From: Octopus vulgaris
Lineage: Eukaryota
Direction of reading: 5' to 3'
Assembly (NCBI GenBank): GCA_951406725.2
Contig: OX597822.1
Coordinates: 47,368,001-47,432,000 of the forward strand
Length of the DNA stretch: 64,000 nucleotides
Below the pieces are notes generated by a model that did no database searches, was not told where the DNA came from, and saw nothing but the letters and a program-made list of their open reading frames with translations. Below are positions 11,509 to 24,972 of this stretch, in pieces. How positions within the stretch are numbered: the stretch's first letter is position 1; each line of letters begins with the position of its first letter. The translations under genes and the position numbers were made by a program.

Positions 11509-12230
11509 GTATTATTGATTAGCCGTGGAGATGCTAGTAGTAGTGGTGGCGGTGGTGGTGGTGGTGGTTGTGGCGACTGTTGTTGCTATTTAACCCCAGG
11601 CCAAGCTTGGTAGCGCTGACTTCCAACTGTGATCGTTCAATCATTTTCGAGCAGCTGTCCAGGGAAGCCATTTTCTAATATATCCGTCCCCATTTTTTTA
11701 AGACGGTGAGGTGTTGTTTGGAGACGGTGCGGAGAGGGGAGAGATTTGGTTACTATTTATAGCAAGTCGAGCAACCACATAGAGACACCCTCTTTGGTGA
11801 GAGTTACTGTGGTAGATGACATTGATAGCGGTGGCGGTGGAGAGTAAAGGTGGTGATGGTGATGGTGGTGATCAGGTTAGTAAAAGTAGCAGTGTTGATG
11901 GCAATGGTGGCTGTGGTGGGGTTGATATTGGTTGTAGAGGTGGTAGTAGCAGTGTTGCTGGCAATAGCTGTTGTGGCGGCAATGGTGGTGTTGGTGATGG
12001 CGGTGATGGCGGTGATGGTGGTGGCGGTGATGGTGGTCGTTGTGACGGCGGCGGCGGCGGCGATGTCGGTGATGGTTGTAGAGGTGATAGTGATGTTGGT
12101 AGTAGCAGTGTTGATATCAACGGTGGCAGTGGTGGTGGTGGTGGTGGTGGCGGTATTAGCGATGGTTCTTGTGGTGGTGGTGGTGGCGGTATTAGCGATG
12201 GTTCTTGTGGTGGTGATGGAGGTGGTATTT
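11395..12230. repeat. Trinucleotide low-complexity region ((GTC)n, (GTA)n, degenerate (GGT)n)
   Basis: Visible triplet runs that generate spurious Gly/Val/Pro ORFs. Confidence 0.85.
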
Positions 12231-12254
12231 GTTTTGTCATTATCAAATCAAGCC

Positions 12255-12605
12255 AGACGGTGAGCTGGCAGAAGCGTTAGCGCCTCGGACAAACAGCTTA
12301 GCGGCATTTCTTCCGGCCTCTTACATTCTCGGTTCGAATTCCACCGTTGTCGGCTTGTCTTATGAAATAAGTACCAGTCGAGTACTGGGGTCGATGTAAT
12401 CGACCAGCCCCCCCCCCAAATTGCAGGCCTTGAGCCTACAGTAGAAAGAATAGACAGCTGCGAGCAGGCCTAATCGTTAGCACGTCGGACAAAATGCTTT
12501 GTGGCTTTTCTTCCGGTTTCTTACGTTCTGAGTTCAAATTCTGCTGAGGTCGACTAGCCCCCTCCCCCAAAACTTCAGGCTCGCTGCCTAGTAGAAAGGG
12601 TTATT
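12255..12605 (+). mobile_element. Two tandem copies of the (TTA)n-tailed tRNA-derived SINE
   Basis: gagctggcagaa..gttagc..gttcaaatt..ggggtcgat..gcctt..gtagaaag occurs twice; the second copy is internally deleted. Confidence 0.7.
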
Positions 12606-13493
12606 ATTTAACGTAAGAGGTTCAGTGTTCATCCCCAAGTAGATCCCACTTCCCAGACTGGAAAGATCTAGGATCAAGCTGCTAATACCACGCAGTCTGT
12701 TGATTGGTTAAAATTACCCAAATTTTCCAACTTTAATTCCAAATAACATCAGATTTTTTAAATTTACGAGATAAAGTAATTGGTTGATCGTAATCAAAAT
12801 TCAGAGTTGCATCGATACACCAGAATCGAAAGCAACCTGAGCAAAATTAAGGGGTGCTCATTTTGCGAATGAGAAAGACTAGATCCCAGATCGATTCTCG
12901 TCCATTGCTGGTTCGAATTACTATATGATAGTAACTATAGGAGGAAAACGTTAGGGGAAAACGTTAGCAAAGAGAGAATTCCACGTTGTTGAATGTTAAT
13001 GCGGAGTCACTGAAGTGATGAAGTGAGATTGACGAGAGGAGACGGACAGAAGTATCAGACGGTCGTCTGAAGTGGCGGTGATATGCAGGACTTTGTAGTA
13101 GGAGTAGAATAGTTAGAGAGAAATAACGAGTGTGCGAGCCTGTGTTTGTGGTGTGTTGGTTAGGGACTCTCCTGCAGGGCCGGCATTTTATATTGATCGT
13201 ACAGAGTGAATGCATGGCTGTATGGTTAGAAAGCTCTCTTCTCAACTACATGGTTTGATTCAATATCGTACATCGGTATAATATTATAAGCTACTATTTT
13301 TGGATGTATTCAGAATTCTGTCATAACTGGGAGAAAGGGGTGCTTATTGTCAGGTTGTTAGGCAAAACCTAAGGCACCGAATACTGGCCTTGTTTTGTAG
13401 CCTCAGATCGATCAACTCTGATCAAGATCGAAGTATCGTGTGGTAATGTATGTAATCAACTGAGCAACGCATTATAATATATATGTGTTGTGT

Positions 13494-13611
<118 letters not shown>

Positions 13612-13621
13612 TGTGTGTGTG

Positions 13622-14924
13622 TACAAAATGCGGTGAATGTCGTCTAAATTATAGAAAAATGAAAATAACACTGACATCTCATTTTAACAGATATATTTAC
13701 CAAAATTACATAAAAATATCTTGAAATACTAAAGAGTAAATTTTATTCAATAAGATCGCCATTGATTTCAACCTCGGCCTCCAGACGACTTCGGAATTTC
13801 TTGCAACTCTTCTGGATGGTCTCCTTGTTTAAGTTGGTGAATGCTGCTATAATCCTTGCCTTCATTTCATCTTTGATGTTTCAAGGAGTTTTGTTGGTCT
13901 CTCGCTCAACTGCGCCCCACATAGAATAATCAAGGGCGTTGCAGGCAGGGGAGTTCGGTGGCCAAATGTTAGGGGTGATGGGGTCACAGAACTAGTCTGA
14001 CAGCCATGACTGGGTTATTCTGCTTGTGTGGCATGGTGCAGAGTCCTGTTGCTTGACATAGGGTCTTCCAGCAGCCACCCTCTCGACCCAGGGTAGCACT
14101 ACCTCCTGCAGGCACTTGATGTTGGCCTCCATGTTGAGTCTGAGGTCGTGTGGGAAGATGAATGGAGGCATAACGTCGTTATCACAAGTGATCACTCTAA
14201 ACACCATGATGTTGACTGGATGCTTGATTTTCATCACTTTCGGTACATGTTTTGGGGATATCGCAAGCCAACGGTTGTTCTGTGTGTTCACCATCTGATC
14301 CTGGCAGAATTTTTTCTCGTCTGAGAAAAGCCAAAGCATTTTCGGTTGGAGGGGATGCCCGAGTTTGTTCAAAAGCTTCGTAGCGCAGTCTTTCTTCTTA
14401 ACCTTGATGGTTTTGGGATGAAAATTCGCCCTTTTGCATTTTGTATGAGGAATACCGAATGTTTTCATGCACTAGATGCTTGATAAGAAACTCAGACACT
14501 CCCATGTCCCTGGCAATGGACCTAATTGACTTGGAGGAATCGTTGTCAATCATGGCCTGGATCTCACCAACAAATTCAGGAGGTCTTTTCTTATAAGATT
14601 GATCAGAATGAGTTTTCCGAGCTGCGGTATCTTCGTAATCACCATTAGACTCATCTAACTTTTTCCGATTCCTCTGCACTGTCCTCAGATGAACATACAA
14701 ACACTCTGAAATGTTCGTATTGGAGGTTCCGGCGCTAATGCCAAGCAGTACATCATGTGGTTTTCAATTTTCTGGCAGACTGAATTGCGTCATGGTGCTG
14801 TTTTTCTCACAGACGGCGCCCAACTGAACCTACTATACTGTGTAGACCGCAAAATCAAAAGCAAACAATGCGCATGCACGAAAGTGAAAATTAAAATGGC
14901 GACAATTTACCCTTCGCACCCTGT
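13622..14924 (-). mobile_element. Tc1/mariner DD37D (maT-type) transposon fossil
   Basis: FSDEKKF, QQDSAPCH, WPPNSP(A)CN(A)LDY, with 37 residues between the 2nd and 3rd Asp. Frameshift near 14400 and in-frame stops. TIR-like end cgacaatttacccttcgcaccctg. Confidence 0.85.
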
Positions 14925-15769
14925 GTGTGTGTTGATATGATTAAATGAATGAATGAAAGAAAGAAGGAAAGCGGGGAGGAAGCCAGAAAGGGCGCATTAT
15001 CCTAGTGTTTCACAAACTGACGAATTACTATTGGTCTCTAACATTAGCTTCTAACATTTAAAAATACTAGTCAAATTTCCCCCACCGTACACTTTTTAGA
15101 ATTTCCTTTTTACTATTTGCACAAGGTGAGCAATTTGGGAGGTGGGTGTAGTCGATTACATCTACCCCAGTACTTGACTGCTACCTATTTCATCGACCTC
15201 CGAAAGGATGAAAGTCAAAGTCGACCCCAGCGGAAGAAATGCCGATAAGCATTGCATCCGATGTGCTAACAGTTCTGTCATCTCGTCACCTGCAACCCCT
15301 TTTTAAACGAGGAAATAAAATAAAGGGTTTCCATCTTATTCGTCTTTTTCTTGCTTTTGTATTTGGCCTACAAGATTATTGATACCAATTCTTGTGTGGA
15401 AACAGCTTTTATTGTATCTTGGGAGGGTCATTATACTAGTAATGAACACACGCACATGTTCTATTTCACTTCTTTATCTTTATTTGTCAATTGGTTAACT
15501 ATTTAACAAATTAAGTAATCAATTGTTTGATTAATCGTTCGGTCAATAAATCACCCAGCTAGGTTCGTCAAAATCCTTTCGTTGTCATTGGCAGCCTCAT
15601 GAAAGTTATGCCCTATCTACTCCAGGTTTGCTTCTGGGTCTGCCTGCTTTGAGACCTCATCATTGAATGACAATGCCCTCACCTCTTCAGTTTTACTTGA
15701 GACAGACCCGAAGAGGACCTGGAGTAAAGTAACTGCAGAATATGTGGAGATGGGCAAGAAACAATAAAC

Positions 15770-16430
15770 TGTCTGTCCAGTCTTGGCTAAGAAGGAATAT
15801 ATTCACAGACACGACAGAGTTGGGACCTATATACACTGGAAGCTATGCCAACACTATGGACTAACAACAGAAAAAAAAATGGTACAGGCACACGCCAGAA
15901 AAGGTCACAGAAAATGAGAAAGCAACCATACTATGAGATATGCCAATACACACTGATAGTGAAATTAAGGCCAATGGGCCAGATATAGTTGTCAGAGATC
16001 ACCAAGAAAAAAATGCATTCTAATCGATATATCAATGCCAACAGACGACAAAGATTTTCTAAAAGAAATGGAGAAACTTCTAAAATACAAAGACCTGAAA
16101 ATAGAGGCAACTCAAATGTGGAATCTAAAAGCAGAAACAATTCCTACCATAGTGGGCGCGTTAGTTTTGATAAAAAAAAGATATTCAGACAAATACATAA
16201 CACAAAAAAACCCCACAAGGACTAACAAATATATATAACATACAGAAAATAGCACTACTAGGCACCGCACACATCCTACGTAAAACACTTTCAATATAGT
16301 AATTATAAGAGCATCACAACAAACCACAGCACATATCAATGGCACACAGCGCTGCGCTCGGTGGTGCAGTGAAAGCACGTGATAAAAATAAGACTACTGA
16401 ATAATAATGATAATAACAGCAATAATAATA
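15770..16430 (+). mobile_element. 3' end of an R4/Dong-clade LINE (restriction-like endonuclease), disrupted
   Basis: CPVLAKKEYIHRHDRV..HWKLC, PDIVV, IDISMP, EKLLKYKDL, IVGAL; ends in (TAA)n. Confidence 0.8.
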
Positions 16431-16736
16431 ATCCTTTCTACTATAGGTACAAGGCCTGAAATTGGGCGGGGGAGGGGTTAAGTCGATAACATCGACCAGT
16501 ACTCAACTAGTGCTTGTTTTGAAATTTTACTAATCTCTTTTGAATAACAGCCCAAGGGACACAACTCTGTAGGACTATACTAATTGTTTCAATAGAAATA
16601 CTTGATATATTTCGGAGGTGCAGTTGTGTGTGTGTGTATGAGTGTGTGATTGTGTATGTGTGCGCCTGATTGTGTGTGTGTATGTATGCTTGCGTGTATG
16701 TGTGCGTGAGAGTGTGTGTGTGATTGTGTATGTGTG

Positions 16737-16767
<31 letters not shown>

Positions 16768-16889
16768 AACCATTAATCCCGACATGCTTATTTTCTCTCT
16801 CCGTTTATCTTCCTCTCATCCCTTTTTGTCGAAGAGGCCAGGGTCGAAACGTTAAAGTATTTTCCATTTTTTCCATCTTTCCCATTTTT

Positions 16890-17093
16890 GTCCGAGAATG
16901 CCGCCACGCAAAGGCTACGATGGGCTGGTCATACCGCGAGGTTCACAGACAATCGGTGGACCCGTGCAGTTGTCGAGTGGTACCCGCACGAGCAGAAAAG
17001 ACCACTCAGACGACCTCCAATCAGGTGGGAAGATGATTTAAGAAAGGTGTTCGGAACAACATGGAGGAGACTGGCGAGAGAATGAGGGAGAAT

Positions 17094-17095
<2 letters not shown>
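16890..17095 (+). mobile_element. RTE-clade LINE 3' fragment
   Basis: RLRWAGHTAR..DNRWTRAVVEWYP..KRP..RPPIRWEDDL. Confidence 0.8.
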
Positions 17096-17137
<42 letters not shown>

Positions 17138-17200
17138 ATAGAAATGGTAAGACAACAAAAGAATGAAAGAGACCTTCATATTATGTAAATAGAGGAATTT

Positions 17201-17396
17201 ATCTGTAAATGTAATATGTGACAATTATTCGGTAGCCATGATAAAACTCCGAGTTTCAGATGTCGGGGCGGAAACCCACGCCGACCTCTCTTCAGGGCCC
17301 GATTACTGAAGAGATGTCGGCGTGGGTTTCCGCCCCGACATCCGAAACTCGGAGTTTTATCATGGGTACCGAATAATTGTCGCATATTATATTTAC

Positions 17397-17400
<4 letters not shown>
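17201..17400. repeat. Fold-back element (95-bp arms) with a hammerhead-like motif on each strand
   Basis: 17201-17295 and 17306-17400 are inverted with few mismatches. Plus strand: gatta-CTGAAGA-GATGTCGG..CCGACATC-C-GAAACTCGGAGT-T-ttatc. Flanked by (TA)n. Confidence 0.85.
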
Positions 17401-17460
<60 letters not shown>

Positions 17461-17550
17461 AGAGTTTACGAAAAAAAAAACAAAAGACGAAGACAGGTGG
17501 TGTACAAAACAAAAAGATGTATTAGTATAATGCTCAGGAATAGAAAAAGT

Positions 17551-17586
17551 CTTTTACGTTTCGAGCCTACGCTCTGCTACAGAAAG
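17551..17586 (-). ncRNA. Degenerate hammerhead-like motif in a dispersed short repeat (related copies about 16822-16857 + and 46612-46650 -)
   Basis: CTTT-CTGTAGC-A-GAGC-gtag-GCTC-GAAA-CG-TA-AAAG. Helices are intact but the core is altered. Confidence 0.35.
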
Positions 17587-18148
17587 GAAAACAGAAAAAA
17601 CAAGGAGAGAAAAAAATGTGTGTAGTGGCTAACGATCTATCATGGTGACTGGGGTTTGTATGATTGTGTATAGAGGGATATATATTATTCAAAGAAATTC
17701 CAACTCTGTTTTTTTTATGTTTTATTTATAGTCTTTATAATATTAATGTAAAATATAGAATATATAGTATAAATAATATATATATAGTAAAATGAAATGA
17801 AGTATTGATTGTCTTATTGAATAGATGAAATATTGAATATAAAATATTAAGGGACTAGTATACTTTCTTGCATTATAGCAGTCTTCAAAGTCCCAGGCTG
17901 TGACAGGAGTGTTTAACAACAGCAACAACAAAAACATTTTCAGTTTTGTCTAAGGCCAACAATTTAGGGAAGGAGTAATCGATTACATCGACCCCAGTAC
18001 TTGACTGCTACCTATCTTATCGATTCCGAAGAACGAAAGAGAATGTCGACTTTGGCGGAATTTGAACTCGAAACGTGAAGACGAAAGCAATACCTCTAAG
18101 CAATTTTTCCGGCGCGGTAACGTTTCTGCCAGATCGACGCCTTAGTGA

Positions 18149-18224
<76 letters not shown>

Positions 18225-18467
18225 TAATAAATGATGATGATGATGAGGAGGAGGAGGATCTTTTCTACTTAAGGCACAAGGCCTGAAATATTGTGGGGAG
18301 TTGATTAGATCGACCCCAGCACTCAACTAGCACTTAATTTATCGACCCCGAAAGGATGAAAGGCAAGGTCGACCTCAGCGGAATTTGAACTCAGAACGTT
18401 GTGACGGACGAAATACCGCTGAGCATTTCGTCCGGCGTGCTAACGATTCTGCCAGCTTGCCACCCTT

Positions 18468-18526
<59 letters not shown>

Positions 18527-18549
18527 TGATGATGATGATGATGATGATA

Positions 18550-19410
18550 ATGAAAACTATGCGTGGGCAATACATCATAGAAATGGAAGGGAAATACAAG
18601 TCCAACACTTAGAGGTGGCTAATGAAAAGTGATTCGAAAAGATGCACTGAGGCATTGATGTGCAGGACTCAGGTATAAGCTCTGAGAACTAATTACACCA
18701 AGTTCCATATAGATAAGTATAGTGAATCTCCCCTTCGAGGATGTTTGGCAGCAAGAATGAAACAATCTCACATATTGTGAGTGTAGCAAAGTGGCTCAAA
18801 GGGAATACAAAAGGAGGCACAATAACGTGGATAAGCTTGTTCACTGGAGATTGTGTGAGAAGTACGGACGTGAAAGGACATTGAAATGGTAAGAGTATAA
18901 ACCAGAAAGCGTCACCGAAAATAATGAGAATAAAGTCTTATAGGATTTTACATTCCATTGTGACTCGGTGATTGATGCTCGGAGACTAGATTCTGTTGTA
19001 GTGGATAAGAGGAAGAAGGAAATCAAGATCATGGATATTGCCATACCAGGGGATGCACGAATGGGTGATAAAGAGTTGGAAAAGATTGAAAAATACAAGC
19101 TACCAAAAGACGAAATTGTACGAACGTAGGTAATGAGAATAACAGCCATCCCAATAGTTTTAGGGGCACTGGGAAAAATTAACAACCAAGTGTAAGTTAT
19201 TCGCTGTAGAAATCGCATTATGGGGATATGACATGCTCAGAAAACTGCTTTTTTAGGGGGACAGGAAGGGTTTTGAGATTTGTGTTAAGTATCATGGAAA
19301 GAGGCCTGTGAAACCTTTGACAACAGGTTGTTGTCTGCGCTTAAAGAATTAGCCGGAAGAAGCGAAATCGAGGGCTCTGGGACGTGAAATGGAAAGAAAA
19401 AAAATAATGA
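18550..19410 (+). mobile_element. Older R4/Dong-clade LINE 3' fragment
   Basis: ALRTNY, NETISHIVS, YKRRHNNV..VHWRLCEKYG, IMDIAIPGD, EKIEKY, IPIVLGALG, with stops. Starts directly after (TAA)n/(TGA)n. Confidence 0.75.
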
Positions 19411-20805
19411 TACTTTGTGAAACTACTGACAATGAACTCGTTGGTGGCAGTAGGATAACTGTTCAGTTTTGAAATTAAGGAAAAACAGTGGACCGTTGGT
19501 ATATGTGGAGTAAAAATTTCGGAAAAGTATTAACAGGTAATGATTTAAATTGAAGCGGTAGAGATCTCTGATTATTGTTGCTGAATGAGAGTTCAGTTTC
19601 CTTGAACAATTTCTTCCTCCTTATTTGAAGTCAGCAGCCATCAATCCCACCACCAATGAATAGCAGCCTCACTCAGAAGCAATCGACAGTCAGTAGTAGT
19701 TACTAGAACACTGTAATCTATACGTTGCTTCTGTTAGAGTACCGGTGTATTTTAAGACAGGTACTGGGTAATAAATCTAGCCTTTGCTTGTAAGGGAGAT
19801 TATTCATTAAGATTGTGCAAAAGTTACTTAGGAAAACTTTATAACCGTATTTGATGGCATCTTAAATGCAAATTTCAGCGTTAGATATTCAAGAGAGAAG
19901 TTTCTGGTACACTAAAGCTTGATGGAGACATTTCTTTGCGGTCTTAATGTTAATGTTTTCTAGGTTAGTTTTTAACCACTAGCAACATTTACTTTCACTT
20001 ATGCCCCTTCCTCTGTGAATTCCAGTTCAATATGTATAGGAGTGTGTTTAAGCATATTTAGACGCGATGTATTAGCTTGTAGTGGTGAACGTCGCCGCTC
20101 CATTGTTGTGATAATTTCTTTTACGCTAGAAGTAATAATAATGTTGAAGTCAATATTATTATAATGGAGTCAGGCTATGGAGTCTGGATTAAGATTAGTC
20201 TTTAGTAGTGAGTGTCAGGGACAAAATTAGCTCATGAAAGGCCCAACTTCGCATATAGGACCTAGGGCGACATTTTTGAGACGTATTTTGAAATAAAAGT
20301 GCGTTTTATATGACATCAAATATGGTAGGTATTTAGTATGTAATGGCAAGTGGTAAAGTGTAAATAGGAAAAGCTACCGAGTGAGGCTTGATTCCAACCA
20401 TTACGGGTTCCATGATAGAAATCTAAATGTTTGTTTCAAATTTTGAAACAAAACCAATTTAGGGGGAGGGGTGAACCGTTTTAAGAATAAGAGAGCGGGG
20501 ACATTAGGTGTACTGCTGGCGAATTTCAGGAAGCACGGACGTCTTGAAGGATGCAATGTCGCGACAGCTAACATCTGATGCGGGTAGCTTTTTATTTCTT
20601 TATTGCCCACAAGGGGCTAAATACAGAGAGGACAAACGGATTAAGTTGATTACATCGACCCCAGTGCGTAACTGGTACTTAATTTATCGACCTCGAAAGG
20701 ATGAAAGGCATAGTCGACCTCGGCGGAATTTGAACTTAGAACGTAGCGGCAGGCGAAATACGGCTAAGTATTTCGCCCGGCGTGCTAACGTTTCTGCCAG
20801 CTCGC

Positions 20806-21070
20806 AGCTGGTAGCTTCTTCCATGCTTCAGCAATTCTATGCGTGAAAAAATGTTTCCGAAAGTCATTGGTACTGAGTTGTTCTTTTTATTTTGTACGCA
20901 TGTTCAAGAGTGTTAGACATACAGAATTCAAAAGGGTGCTTAAGCTTGCCGCTGGAAATATGGTGGGTAATCTTGAAGGTGTCCACCAAGTCAATTTCTA
21001 AATGTCAGAGCTTTAATATGTCCATGTCCAGGGAAGCAAGACGTTCATAGTATGATAGATATCTGACGAT
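20806..21070 (-). mobile_element. Diverged CR1-clade LINE 3' fragment, related to 22690-24394
   Basis: The reverse complement matches 24000-24250 (gactttcggaaacattttttcacgc..ttgctgaagcatgg). Confidence 0.7.
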
Positions 21071-22689
21071 AACGAACATGATTATAAATTCATAAGTTTG
21101 AAGGAAGTTCAAAATAGTCAACGTATTTGGTGGCATAAAAAAACACACGCATATATTAAACGTCCCGCAATTTTAACAGCACAACACCACTGAGATTTTT
21201 TTCTTTGATGCATTAAAGCATGTAATATTTAAAGCAACTTCGCATCATAGACCCGGGGTGATTCTTTGATACATTGTCTCATATGTCTTCGAATAAGGTA
21301 AATTTTTTACCCTCTATGACAGTTTTGGTATAAAACAATGCTGACGAAATCAGGGTCCGCTGATTTACCGTAAGCCGTTTAAAAGGTATGATCTGTTAAG
21401 AAATAGCTTTTGAGCCTTACAAACTCAACCGAACACATGAGATTATAAATCGGAAGGTACATAGTTCAATTCTGTTTTGGATGCCAGGGATCAAGGGGAG
21501 ACCACTATAAACGGAATATCAACCCATTAAATGCCAATTTTTAAAATTCATATTTTTTGGCTTTGCCAGGTGTCTTTAAGAATTAAAATAATATTTAGTC
21601 TTTAAATTTTCTTCATATGTGAATTATGATAGATTTTTCAAAAAGTCCCAAATCTCTGAAAAATGTATATTTCTCCTTTCCTATTCAGTTGCAATAATAA
21701 ACATTTTGGTTTCTTCTTTTTTTTTTTTTTGAAACTATAATATTAAATGTGAATGTGTATGAAATATTAATGAATAATATAGATGGGAAATACAAAATAA
21801 AAAAAAGTTTTCAAAACAGTCTATAATTTTGTATTTCAAAAATTGCGATTTATGTCCACTAGAATTAACCAGAACTAATAACGACAAACTTTAACTACTA
21901 AATATTGTTAAACACACCTCTGCAAATGGATTTGTACATAAGCAATTCACTTTAAATACAACCGGAAGTGAGATTGTTTTTAGTAAATCTCCAAATGAGT
22001 CTCATGGCAGGCAATGAGGATTGAAATTGCGTAACTTAAAACAAATGAGCTAAGAGAAGTAACTTAGGGAGGCCAGTGGTACGTATTTGAAAAGCATCGA
22101 TAAATACAGGTATATCAAATACTATACAACTTTAATAAATATCTGATTTATGAAAAATTATGAAACATCTCAGAGGATGTTTCATAATTAGCAAAAACTG
22201 AAGTATCAGGGATTCTCCAAAGTTGATATTTCATAAAGGAATAAATTAAGTTTGTGTGTGTGTGTGTGTGTGTCTGGAGATAAGAGGTCAGTTGTGGGCA
22301 CGTGTTTTTCGTTTAGTTTCTTCGATGAGAAATGTTTTCTGCAGAAGCTTGAAGAGAATAGCTTGTCTGTTTTGTCAAATGTATTATCTGTTGCCATTAG
22401 GACGTAGTTACGTACGCACATACACACATGTAAATATATGTATGCGTATAAACTTGTAATATACACATGCATATGTACATGAATGTGTAAGTGTTGTGCT
22501 CAATCATGTTTATGAAAATCATACAATACACTTAAGAATCATATTGTTGACAGAATGTGTTTAACAAACATGTATAAAGTGCTAATGTCTTACAAAAATT
22601 GCCGGGGAAACGCTTACGAAAGTAAGAGAGTCTACTCTCGTCCACATTGTACTACAGAAGAACCTCTAGGCGACTCGAAGAACCTCTAG

Positions 22690-24394
22690 GCATTCGAAGC
22701 AGAGACCTCACTCTCCAGTGGGCCCTCTTCGCAACCCTCACACAAACCAGATCACTGACAATCTCAAGGAATGCGCAGAACTCATTACCGAGTGCTATGC
22801 AAACATATTCACTGTTGAAAATCAAAATGTACCATCTTCACCATCTCTAACAGCAAATTTCATAACAACTATGGAATTTACACCTGCAATGCTGCGACGT
22901 CACCTTCAAAATAAGCGCAACTATGCCTCCTCTGGTCTTGATGGAGTTACATACTTGCTTCTCAAACGTGGCAGGTACTTCCTTTTACACCAGCTTTCTA
23001 TTTTTTTCCAGTACTGTCTCAACAATGGTGCTACTCCGGAGCAGTGGAAAACTGCCAGTGTCATTCCTCTGTTCAAAAAGGGCGACCGCACATCACCTGT
23101 CAACTATCGCCCAGTCAGTCTCAATAGCTGTATTGCAAAACTGATGGAATCGTGTGTCAGAGAAACACTTTGGAACTTCTGGAGCTCTCACAGTCTCATC
23201 CGACCCTCACAATATGGATTTGTCTCTAACTCCAGCTGCAGTGATCAGCTTGTCGAGTTCCTTGAGGACGTTACTCAGATCACTGACAGTGGCTCATGGG
23301 TGGATGTTGTCTACCTTGACTTTGCTAAGGCGTTCAACTCTGTGACACACAAAAGGCTTATGGTGAAACTCTCTGCAATGGGCGTGAGGGATGATCTTTT
23401 TAACTGGTTGAAATCCTTCATTCTCAGCCAAAAGGAGGTAGTCACAGTTCTAGGACAGCATTCTACACCATATGAGATGTCATCGGGTGTACCACAGGGA
23501 TCTGTCCTTGGTCCCCTCTTGTTTGTGGCATACATTAATGACATAGATGCCAATTTAAAGAATGCCACAGTATTGAAATATGCAGACGACATCAAGCTGT
23601 ACCTTGAAATCAAGAGGACAGATCCTGTTGTCTACAGCTCTTTCCTGCAATCAGACCTGGACACAATGCAGCAATGGATCACAGACTGGCAACTGAAACT
23701 GGCTGTGGACAAGTGTACCACCATGCATTTTGGGAGAAAAAACTGTCAGCAGTGATTTGCGTTGGACAAAGCATAGCTCTAAAATAGTCAAGAAGGCCGA
23801 GGGTGTCTTGGCATCACTCAGCAAGACTTTTGTTAGCCGCTCTCCAGCCATCTATTTAAAACTGTATACAGCTATAGTACGACCACACGTGGAATTCGCA
23901 TCATCAGTTTGGAACCCCTATCTTGCTCAGAACATTGACCTCCTGGAATCTGTTCAGAGACGTGCAACCAAACGCATACCCTCTATCAGACACCTACCAT
24001 ACTCTGAGCGCCTGGTTTCCCTAGGCATGGATTCACTGAAGCTCCGGCGTCTGGCGATGGACTTGGTAAACACCCACAAAGTTATCAACCACCTCACCAA
24101 CAACAACACTGAACACCTTTTTGATCTTCATGTGTCTAACACACGTGGACATGCCTACAAAGCCAGAAAACAACACAGCTCCCATGACTTTCGGAAACAT
24201 TTTTTCACGCTCAGAGTTGCTGAAGCATGGAATAAACTGCCTGCGTCAGTTGTTGACTGCCATGACACTGCATCCTTTAAGGCCCTCATGCTTTCCGAAA
24301 TCCGCCGAAACTACACCTGATTATACATACACTTTAGATGAGTTGTAGTGCACCTGAGCACTGTACACAATGTTTTTATTATTATTATTATTAT
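22690..24394 (+). mobile_element. 5'-truncated CR1-clade LINE with (TTA)n tail
   Basis: RT ORF and C-terminal ORF, short 3' UTR, tail ttattattatt at about 24377-24394. Confidence 0.9.
22718..24320 (+). pseudogene. CR1-type reverse transcriptase split by a frameshift near 23745
   Basis: NYRPVSL, YLDFAKAFNSV, SGVPQGSVLGPLLF, YADD; then VRPHVEFASSVWNP, LESVQRRATK, FFTLRVAEAWNKLP. Confidence 0.88.
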
Positions 24395-24798
24395 TTTAAC
24401 TACATGCATGAGTTGCCTCCTATGCAGCAGCTAGCACAAGTCACTGAGATTAAAATTTCATCAGGTGATCCGAACTGGCCAATGATAACAAACCTCTCGT
24501 ATCACTGAATGATTGTCAGCCTTATTCAGAAACTGCAATCGCCTCATCACTTAATGTTAAGCATCCGAACAATCGGAAAAGATTTTTGTTTGTGAAATAT
24601 TAAGTAATGCAATTCTGAGACAACGTGTAAAACGCAAATATTAGAACTCTTCGGCATTTTTAAAGCTTTCTGTTCTTTCATTTGTATCCCATTGTATCTC
24701 AATCTGTCTGTATTTTGATGGATGTGTGTATGTCGGTATACTTATAGATATAAATGTGTATGCATTTATTTGTGCATGTATATATGTGTGTGTGTGTA

Positions 24799-24872
<74 letters not shown>

Positions 24873-24935
24873 TACATATCGTTGGCGAATTTTTTTCCTC
24901 CGTCTTCCTTTTCTCTTGGAATTTCTTCTGTCTCC

Positions 24936-24972
24936 GGTTTCTGAAGAAAAACTTTGCTCGAAACGTAAAACC
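24936..24972 (+). ncRNA. Minimal hammerhead-like motif with damaged helix II
   Basis: GGTTT-CTGAAGA-aaaactttgctc-GAAA-CG-TA-AAACC: 5-bp helix I, canonical core, ACGT palindrome, GUA triplet. Confidence 0.45.

Noticed and set aside
11816-12280. Gly-rich, Val-rich and Pro-rich ORFs
   Set aside because: Several frames are open over degenerate (GGT)n, and the ORF ends inside a SINE. No coding evidence.
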